DNA from: Promethearchaeota archaeon | Lineage (GTDB): Archaea > Asgardarchaeota > Lokiarchaeia > Sigyniarchaeales > SOKP01 | Direction of reading: 5' to 3' | Length of the DNA stretch: 16,099 nucleotides | NCBI GenBank assembly: GCA_011364925.1 | Contig: RDOA01000029.1 | Location: 25,379 to 41,477, forward strand | In this document: piece after piece, positions 1 to 6,290 of the stretch | How the letters are laid out: each line of letters opens with the position of its first letter | How positions within the stretch are numbered: position 1 is the stretch's first letter | Notes under the pieces: model-generated | Databases searched by the model: none | What the model was told of the DNA's origin: nothing | The model's input: the letters and a program-made list of their open reading frames with translations, nothing else | Made by a program: the position numbers and the translations under genes

Positions 1-834
1 TGCCATTAATTTCTCATTTTCTTCTCGAAGTTTGAATACTTGAGTCTTCAGTGTATTATAAAGTATTGCTACAGATATATTCAATGTTCCAGCTAAGTCG
101 ACTGATTCAATATTTTGTTTAGAAAGCATTTTAATCGCCTTATTTCCTACATAATATTTAAACTCCCTTCCTTTTTTGATCTCATAAAAGAATACAGGAC
201 CTACCTCTGAGGAATTAGTGATATGAGTTCCGCCACAGCAATTAACATCGTAATCTTCTATTTCAATTATTCTTAGCATAGTGTCAGTAGTTATTCCACC
301 TCTTATTTGTTCACCCATCTCTTTAATTTCATTCTGAGGAATTATTTTACTGCGAAATTGTAAGTTTTTAATAGTACAGATATTAAAAAAATGAGTTAGG
401 ACATTGATCAGTTCTATTTCGCTTACGCTTTTGCTTATATGGATTGATACTTCTTCAAATGAGATGTTAGCCCGAATAGTGTCAATATCTAATAAATTTT
501 TAAAGATTGCAGATAAGATGTGCTGCGAAGAATGAGCTCGCATAACACCATATCTATATTCCCAGTCTATTTTTCCTTCAATTTTATCTCCTACTCTCAG
601 TTTCTCACCAAAAGGCTCTGAGATATGATGTTTAATTAATTCTTCTTTCTTTGACACATGATCTACTTCAAAAGTATTACCTTGGCTAGTAATAACACCT
701 TTGTCGCTTACTTGATTTCCACCCTCAGGATAGAATAAAGTCTTATCGAGAATTATACCTTCCGGAGTTATTTCAAGAATCTTAGCTGTGAAAGTTGTAT
801 CGTAGGGAAAGTCCCAATAAAGCTTTTCAGTCAT
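1..834 (-). CDS. alaX: AlaX-family trans-editing (alanyl-tRNA editing) protein, probably the long form with a C-terminal extension; 3' end lies outside the window
   Basis: Not in the ORF track. Translated by hand from ATG at 834 and open to base 1 (278 codons): MTEKLYWDFPYDTTFTAKI...LDKTLFYPEGGNQVSDKG...IDWEYRYGVMRAHSSQHILS...DVNCCGGTHITNSSEVG... The HxxxH and CGGTH Zn-binding motifs and the FYPxGG-Q-D-G N-terminal motif are diagnostic. A coiled-coil-like tail follows (LREENEKLMA). Confidence 0.93.
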   Translation of the reverse strand, partial: MTEKLYWDFPYDTTFTAKILEITPEGIILDKTLFYPEGGNQVSDKGVITSQGNTFEVDHVSKKEELIKHHISEPFGEKLRVGDKIEGKIDWEYRYGVMRAHSSQHILSAIFKNLLDIDTIRANISFEEVSIHISKSVSEIELINVLTHFFNICTIKNLQFRSKIIPQNEIKEMGEQIRGGITTDTMLRIIEIEDYDVNCCGGTHITNSSEVGPVFFYEIKKGREFKYYVGNKAIKMLSKQNIESVDLAGTLNISVAILYNTLKTQVFKLREENEKLMA

Positions 835-857
835 TATACTATCTCTTATCAAGTACT

Positions 858-879
858 TCGTGAAAGAATCCTTTCACGA
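858..879. repeat. Perfect 9-bp inverted repeat TCGTGAAAG-aatc-CTTTCACGA
   Basis: Read directly from the sequence. It lies about 24 nt upstream of the alaX ATG. Function (operator or RNA hairpin) unknown. Confidence 0.8.
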
Positions 880-898
880 TCAAATGTATATATCTTAG

Positions 899-925
899 TA
901 TTATCATTCAATTTATTTGATAATA
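899..925. repeat. 8-bp inverted repeat TATTATCA-N11-TGATAATA
   Basis: Read directly from the sequence. The arms are AT-rich, so chance occurrence is possible. Confidence 0.55.
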
Positions 926-941
926 TTGTTGTAATTAGAAA

Positions 942-983
942 TCCTTAGTTTCTTAATATTTTTATGAAGATTCAAACTAAGGA
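942..983. repeat. 10-bp inverted repeat TCCTTAGTTT-N22-AAACTAAGGA
   Basis: Read directly from the sequence. It ends 7 nt before the putative BRE/TATA of NDT copy 1. Confidence 0.75.
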
Positions 984-990
984 CCTTATA

Positions 991-1003
991 GAAAGACTTA
1001 TAT
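991..1003 (+). promoter_or_regulatory. Putative archaeal BRE-TATA promoter (GAAAGAC-TTATAT) for NDT-like copy 1
   Basis: Purine-rich BRE-like stretch followed by TTATAT about 55 nt before the ATG. Similar motifs occur at 6182 and 7399. An SD-like AGAGGG sits at 1044-1049. Confidence 0.5.
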
Positions 1004-1058
1004 CAATTTAGATGATTAATCAACTCAAGAATTATTATTATCTAGAGGGTTCGAAAAA

Positions 1059-2036
1059 ATGTCAGTAATGAATTCAGAATGTTTTGTAATCATGCCCTTT
1101 TCGAAAAGTAGCGAAGAACATACTGAAGAGTATTGGACACAGCATTTCGAGAAACTTTTAAAGCCAATCATAGAAGAGCTTGGAGTTAAGACGTACCGTG
1201 TGGAAGTGTTCCGTGAGGACATTTTAAAAAAAATTATACAATCTCTTGTTACTTCATATATAGTTGTTGCAGACCTCACCGATCACAACCCAAATGTATT
1301 TTGGGAGTTAGGAGTGCGCCAGAGCTTTAAGCATAATACGATTACGATTGCGGAAGAGGGGACTAAATTACCTTTTGATGTGAGTTCGAAAGCTACTATT
1401 TTTTATAATCTCTCTAATGAAGAAAAACTGGCTCAATTCAAGAAAAACTTAAAGGAAGCAATTAAAGATTGTATTGCTAATCCAAAAAAGTCGGATAGTC
1501 ACGTTTTAGAGTCCATTTCAGGTAGAGGATCGTTTTATGATCTTATCAGATTAGACGATGCAAAGCGGAGAATTGAATCACTAATAATTGAAACTCAAAA
1601 TAATATAAGAAATTACAATATAAGCAAAAATATGGTTGCAGAATTGAAGGATATTTCACAAATTCCATTTGAGCTAAGGACTGTGATGTGGAGAACAAGG
1701 TGTTTGGAATTTCTATTTGTGAATCGATATTTAGATGAAGACGATAGATTTTATAAAACTACCGAACAAATCTTACGCGTTATGGAAAATATGTGTTTGG
1801 TAACTCCAATGTTAAATTCCTTCAACGAAGTAGATACTAATGAAGCACTTAATTTGTATAGAGGAAGGTTTGGTAGAGCCGTTACTAAAGGACTCAATGT
1901 ATGGTTAGATACTCTAGAAAAAGTATATGAAAATATAACAAAAAGATTACAAACTATGATTAGCGAAACAAGACTTAAATCTCTAAGTGAACTTAGATCT
2001 AGTGCATTTGATGCCGATTATGGCTCGTTTTTTTAA
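1059..2036 (+). CDS. NDT/TIR-like (nucleoside 2-deoxyribosyltransferase-fold) domain protein with unknown helical C-terminal domain, paralogue 1
   Basis: 325 aa. N-terminal motifs CFVIMPF...DI..II..L......VVADLT..NPNVFWELGVR...LPFDV are typical of the flavodoxin-fold NDT/DRHyd/TIR-like family. Putative catalytic Glu is E83. SD AGAGGG lies 9 nt upstream. Confidence 0.75.
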   Translation: MSVMNSECFVIMPFSKSSEEHTEEYWTQHFEKLLKPIIEELGVKTYRVEVFREDILKKIIQSLVTSYIVVADLTDHNPNVFWELGVRQSFKHNTITIAEEGTKLPFDVSSKATIFYNLSNEEKLAQFKKNLKEAIKDCIANPKKSDSHVLESISGRGSFYDLIRLDDAKRRIESLIIETQNNIRNYNISKNMVAELKDISQIPFELRTVMWRTRCLEFLFVNRYLDEDDRFYKTTEQILRVMENMCLVTPMLNSFNEVDTNEALNLYRGRFGRAVTKGLNVWLDTLEKVYENITKRLQTMISETRLKSLSELRSSAFDADYGSFF

Positions 2037-3313
2037 TTAATTACGCTTAAATTTAAATTCAAGGTGTATTCCCTTAATTTTTCGTCATAAAAAGATTCAG
2101 CTTCCTTAATTACATTAGATATTAGCTTTTCGTCAATCTTTATAAAATTATTTCCTGATAGTGTAAACCAATTATGGATTCCAAGAATGTAAACATTCCA
2201 TAAAGCATTTTCGTTTTTAATCGAGCGCTTTTTCGTCTCTCTGCATAATAGCATCCAAAATAATACTAATTTATGAGATATTTCTACATCTTGCTTCACT
2301 GTAGCACGATGAAAAGACCCAAACGCCAAAATCATTAGAAAAGCAAGACCGTATTTAATTTGAATTTTGCAGGATTGGTTTAATATGCTTTCTTTCATGT
2401 TTTCCCATTCAATCCTCGCAAAGCTGAAGTCTTCTAATGGAATTGATTCAAGACTTCTCTTTATTACATTGTAGTAAAATTCTTCCGAGAGGTATGGTTC
2501 TGTTCCTACAAATTGAAATATTCTTAAACCACCTGCAATTCTCCAGTCAATCCATTCCTGAGAATAGAGAAAAGCCTTTTGAATCGCTCTTTCTCTATCG
2601 GGTAGTATTCTAAATATGTCCTTTAATTTTTGATTAATTCTTTCATAATAAATGAGGTAATGATCGAAGATCTGAGAATAAGAATAACCTAAAATGTCTA
2701 TAAAAGTGAAAACCTCAAGTAAATCAACAAAAAACTCTAAATATTTGCGATTGGAAAGTAAATGGACAAAAGTAGAATCGTTAATTAGTGAATAAGTTCC
2801 GTAATAAGTAGATTCTCCTGTATAAATTGTAGCAAAAAGTATGTGGTATTGTATGACCTTCTGGATTAAAATTTTATCGTTTTCTATTAACTCGAAAGGA
2901 GAAAAAAGGGCTCTTTCTGATATTAAAATGAAACTTTGGTTAGGGTGATCTCTCTTGCGCACGAACTTTCCAATATCATGATAAGTTAAGATTAACGGAA
3001 TGATTAAATTGTTGTATTCCTGAATAATCTTTATCTTATCGGATATTTTTGATATTGTCTGTTTTGAAAATCCTTCGTACGAAAAAGAATTATTCAATAG
3101 ATTAAGGAAGATTTTAATGGATCTAAAAATGTGTTTAGTTGTTCTCGTAAATTCCTGCTTATCCCTAATTATACCTAATTCAAATACTTCAGATAAATTG
3201 GGAAATAATCTAAGAAAATCTGTATACAATTGCGTCTGTTCAACTTCTTCTGAAGAATCTATGTCACTTAAAGAGACAACCGAAAAGATAGTTTGAAGTT
3301 GTTTTAGTATCAC
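2033..3313 (-). CDS. Stand-alone HD-superfamily phosphohydrolase (GlnD/CCA-enzyme-like HD motif pattern) with unknown C-terminal half
   Basis: 426 aa, GTG start. Metal-ligand pattern H61...H112-D113 (YHDIGK)...H123 (RDHP)...H157 (QYHIL)...D206 (TFIDI). The stop codon overlaps that of the convergent NDT gene (shared TTAA, 2033-2036). Confidence 0.65.
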   Translation of the reverse strand: MILKQLQTIFSVVSLSDIDSSEEVEQTQLYTDFLRLFPNLSEVFELGIIRDKQEFTRTTKHIFRSIKIFLNLLNNSFSYEGFSKQTISKISDKIKIIQEYNNLIIPLILTYHDIGKFVRKRDHPNQSFILISERALFSPFELIENDKILIQKVIQYHILFATIYTGESTYYGTYSLINDSTFVHLLSNRKYLEFFVDLLEVFTFIDILGYSYSQIFDHYLIYYERINQKLKDIFRILPDRERAIQKAFLYSQEWIDWRIAGGLRIFQFVGTEPYLSEEFYYNVIKRSLESIPLEDFSFARIEWENMKESILNQSCKIQIKYGLAFLMILAFGSFHRATVKQDVEISHKLVLFWMLLCRETKKRSIKNENALWNVYILGIHNWFTLSGNNFIKIDEKLISNVIKEAESFYDEKLREYTLNLNLSVIN

Positions 3314-3355
3314 TTTAAATTAAGAAATAATCAATTAGTAATTAAAATTCGCAGT

Positions 3356-4645
3356 TTATTGTTTTGGGATTTTCCCCTTAAGGATTGGATCGTTTGTAGC
3401 TTTTAACCAATTAAATAATCTTTTCCTTAAATCAGAAGCGATTTCTTGATATTCCGTCGTATTAATAACATTTATTTTTTCTAATGGATCCTTTCTTAAA
3501 TCGTAAAGTTCTTCAGTTGGTCTTGGATAATTATAAAAATTCTTCATATATTTTCCTGAGGGAGCCATAAGAACAGGCGCTGGCATCTGATATAGGGTGT
3601 CTAAGTTTTCAAAATTCCGTATATACTTGTAATTATTTGTTCTTATTCCGCGAATAGGATCATAGATTTCATGATAGGTTTTTTCTACGTATATTTCGCT
3701 CCGCAATTCTGTTTGCTCTTGTTTTAGAAGAGGTAAAAAACTTTTACCTTCGATGTTTTTAGGAAGTTCTCCTCCAATATAGTCGATCAAAGTTGGGAGT
3801 AAATCAATGTTACTCAACAAACCATTTATGACCTTTCCATTACTAAAAGTGTCCGAATTCGGTTGATGCATCAAGAGAATTGTTTCAATTCCAGGATCGT
3901 AAAGTGTACACTTTGCTCTTGGAAACGGGCTTCCATGATCAGTAGTGTATATAAAAAGAGTATTTTCATTTAACCCAGTATCTTCTAACATCGAAATTAT
4001 TCTCTCAATTGTCAAATCTACCCTGTTTATCGCACCATAATATTCAGAGAGTTCTTTTCTAACTATTTCGTTATCGGGTAGAAATGGCGGTACTTTCAAC
4101 GAGTTGGGATCTACAGAATCAGCCCATATCTTAAACGGTCTATGAACTTCTTCTACTCCAATACTTACATAGAAAGGTTTTTCATTGTTTTTATGATCTT
4201 CCAAAAATTTTTTACTTTCCTTCTCTACAAGTTTGCAATTATATAAGGGGTTAATTTCTCTCCCTCTTTTACTAAAAAACCTTTCTGTCATCGTATCATA
4301 TCCTAAACTTGAGGGAATTCGACTTTCATGACTCAATCCAATTAAGTGCGTTGAATAACCTAATTCCTTTAAATACATCGGCATTGTTTTAAACTCCTGA
4401 GGTAAGGTCCAACCTCGATCCACCAACCCCATTAAACCATTTTGATGAGGATATAAGGAGGTTTGAATACTTCCCCGACTTGGGCTACATTGTGGAGCTG
4501 TACAAAAATAGTTCGTAAACCGTATTCCGTTTTTGGCAATTTTGTCTAAATTTGGTGTTTCCAATGAATTTGGAAATTCATTGTAACAACCTAAAAAGTG
4601 TCCTTGGTCGTGAGTTATGAAGATTATTATATTAGGTTTTTTCAA
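3356..4645 (-). CDS. Cys-type formylglycine-dependent sulfatase (S1), N-sulfoglucosamine sulfohydrolase-like
   Basis: 429 aa, TTG start. Motifs: PNIIIFITHD, TPNLD, CSPSR (CxPxR), YPHQNG, TTDHGSPFPRAKCTLYDPG, IDLLPT, ELYDL..DP.E. No obvious signal peptide. Confidence 0.93.
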   Translation of the reverse strand: MKKPNIIIFITHDQGHFLGCYNEFPNSLETPNLDKIAKNGIRFTNYFCTAPQCSPSRGSIQTSLYPHQNGLMGLVDRGWTLPQEFKTMPMYLKELGYSTHLIGLSHESRIPSSLGYDTMTERFFSKRGREINPLYNCKLVEKESKKFLEDHKNNEKPFYVSIGVEEVHRPFKIWADSVDPNSLKVPPFLPDNEIVRKELSEYYGAINRVDLTIERIISMLEDTGLNENTLFIYTTDHGSPFPRAKCTLYDPGIETILLMHQPNSDTFSNGKVINGLLSNIDLLPTLIDYIGGELPKNIEGKSFLPLLKQEQTELRSEIYVEKTYHEIYDPIRGIRTNNYKYIRNFENLDTLYQMPAPVLMAPSGKYMKNFYNYPRPTEELYDLRKDPLEKINVINTTEYQEIASDLRKRLFNWLKATNDPILKGKIPKQ

Positions 4646-4693
4646 CTTATCTCATTCTATTAGAATTTGAGAGTGTAAATTAAATTTTCTCTC

Positions 4694-4700
4694 AAAAAAA
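4694..4700 (-). terminator. Possible U7 terminator after the oxidoreductase gene
   Basis: A7 on the plus strand reads as T7 on the minus strand, 14-20 nt past the stop at 4714. Confidence 0.35.
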
Positions 4701-4713
4701 TCTATTGTCATTT

Positions 4714-5964
4714 TTATTGATTCAAATCTACCACGAGATCATTGAAATCGTTATCTTCCTTTAATAGGAGATACTTCTGATTATTTATACGAACCTTGTT
4801 AAAGACGGCTTTTTTTAATATGGGCTTTATAACTTTCTTATTGAGATGTTTTCCTAAGATCATTGCTCCTAATAAATTGTTATTTTCTAAAACAAATTTC
4901 CGACTTAAATCGTTTTGAAATGAAATCCAAGAAATTTCGTCAAAATTTTTCTTAGAATGAGTAATTCCAACCGCGATGGCTGTAAATCCAAAAATTTTAA
5001 TCGTTTGAATTGGGATTGTTCCTTCATATTGTATATTATATCCTACCATGTTTTTTGCTGCAACTTTTCCTTGTTTTTTAGCGTTTCCCCAAGTAGGATG
5101 GAGAATTGGTTCATTATATAAAGGATCGAAAGTTTGAGCGACATCACCAGCAGCATAAATATTTGGGATGTTAGTTCGCATATATGAATCTACTAGTATC
5201 CCCTTTTCTACTTTAACACCGCTATTGTTAAGAAATTCAATATTAGGTTTCATACCTATCGTTATAATAGCTAAATCAGATTGAAGTTCTTTTCCACTTT
5301 TTAAAATTACTGATTGTAGTTTTCCATTTTCACCTTTAAATTCAACAACTTCTTCTTCCAAATAGATGTGAATCCCATTATCCGTAATCTTCTTTTCTAC
5401 AATACGGGCAACTTTTCTGTCAAAACCGATAGGCCATAAATGGGATGTTTTCTCAACAATTGAAATATCCAATCCAATTTTTTTAAAGTTTTTAATAGCT
5501 TTCATAGCAATAGCACCTCCACCGACAATCACTACTTTCTCAGCATTACAAGCTCGTTCTGCGACTTCTTTAGCATCTTCAAGGTTATATAATGTGTGTA
5601 TTCCCTCAAGGTCTATCCCTTTCCATGGTAATATAATTGGTTTTCCTCCAGAAGCTATTAAAAGAGAATCGTAATGAAAAACATCTCCCTTTTTTAAAAA
5701 AACTTGCTGATCTTGAGGAACAACTTTATTGACAGAGTCATTTATAAACTTTATATTACTTTCGTCATATATTTTCTTTCCTTTTAAGAAAAGATCATCC
5801 TCAGAACAACTTGCCGAGATTAAATTGATAATTTTACTCCGTTTATAGAACTGATAATCTTCGTCAGAAATAAGGATAATTTCTCCTTCTCTTTCACTTT
5901 TCCTTAATTCTAATGCGGCTGAAGCCCCAGCGGGTCCTCCACCAATAATAACATATTGTGTAAT
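4714..5964 (-). CDS. FAD-dependent pyridine nucleotide-disulfide oxidoreductase (NAD(P)H:rubredoxin/ferredoxin reductase, NirB-N-like); probable ATT start, 416 aa
   Basis: The ORF track begins at an internal GTG (5532). The frame is open for 144 more codons up to the ATT and encodes the FAD-binding N-terminus: (I)TQYVIIGGGPAGASAALELRK...IILISDE...YDSLLIASGGKP...GIHTLYNLEDA. Downstream are IVGGGAIA, IGMKPN and TNIPNIYAAGD. An in-frame TAG lies at 5995-5997. SD AGAGGGG (5973-5979) is 8 nt before ATT (5962-5964). Confidence 0.88.
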   Translation of the reverse strand: MTQYVIIGGGPAGASAALELRKSEREGEIILISDEDYQFYKRSKIINLISASCSEDDLFLKGKKIYDESNIKFINDSVNKVVPQDQQVFLKKGDVFHYDSLLIASGGKPIILPWKGIDLEGIHTLYNLEDAKEVAERACNAEKVVIVGGGAIAMKAIKNFKKIGLDISIVEKTSHLWPIGFDRKVARIVEKKITDNGIHIYLEEEVVEFKGENGKLQSVILKSGKELQSDLAIITIGMKPNIEFLNNSGVKVEKGILVDSYMRTNIPNIYAAGDVAQTFDPLYNEPILHPTWGNAKKQGKVAAKNMVGYNIQYEGTIPIQTIKIFGFTAIAVGITHSKKNFDEISWISFQNDLSRKFVLENNNLLGAMILGKHLNKKVIKPILKKAVFNKVRINNQKYLLLKEDNDFNDLVVDLNQ

Positions 5965-6181
5965 CTTTAAATCCCCTCTACGATGTTTTATATACTATCT
6001 TTATCAATTATCTAGCCAATTTTTAAAATTAAAAGGTAAGGACTAAAATTTATTAAATACTTTTATAAATCAATTTCACAATTAATAGAGAATGAGAAAA
6101 AATAATATAAAATATAAATTCATGGAAATTTTGGCCTTGTTATCTAATTCTTTGACCTTTTAGCATAAATCTTAAAAGATT

Positions 6182-6207
6182 CGAAAGGCTATATTTTAGT
6201 TAACTAA
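6182..6207 (+). promoter_or_regulatory. Putative BRE-TATA (CGAAAGGC-TATATTT) directly followed by a perfect 12-bp palindrome TTAGTTAACTAA (6196-6207)
   Basis: Read from the sequence, about 100 nt before the NDT copy 2 ATG. SD AGGAGGG sits at 6274-6280. Confidence 0.45.
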
Positions 6208-6290
6208 TTTTTTTGACTTAATCTTAAGGTAAAACCAATAAATTAATGAGGATTGTAATACTTTAGCGTAATTAGGAGGGATAGAACTAG

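Noticed and set aside
1025-1279. 84-aa minus ORF, and its look-alike at 6287..6511
   Set aside because: Both are antisense shadows of the NDT paralogues. Their mutual similarity is fully explained by the sense-strand duplication.
4714-5532. Oxidoreductase as a 272-aa protein or a pseudogene
   Set aside because: The upstream frame is intact with all FAD-binding motifs and no frameshift or stop. Only a canonical start codon is missing.
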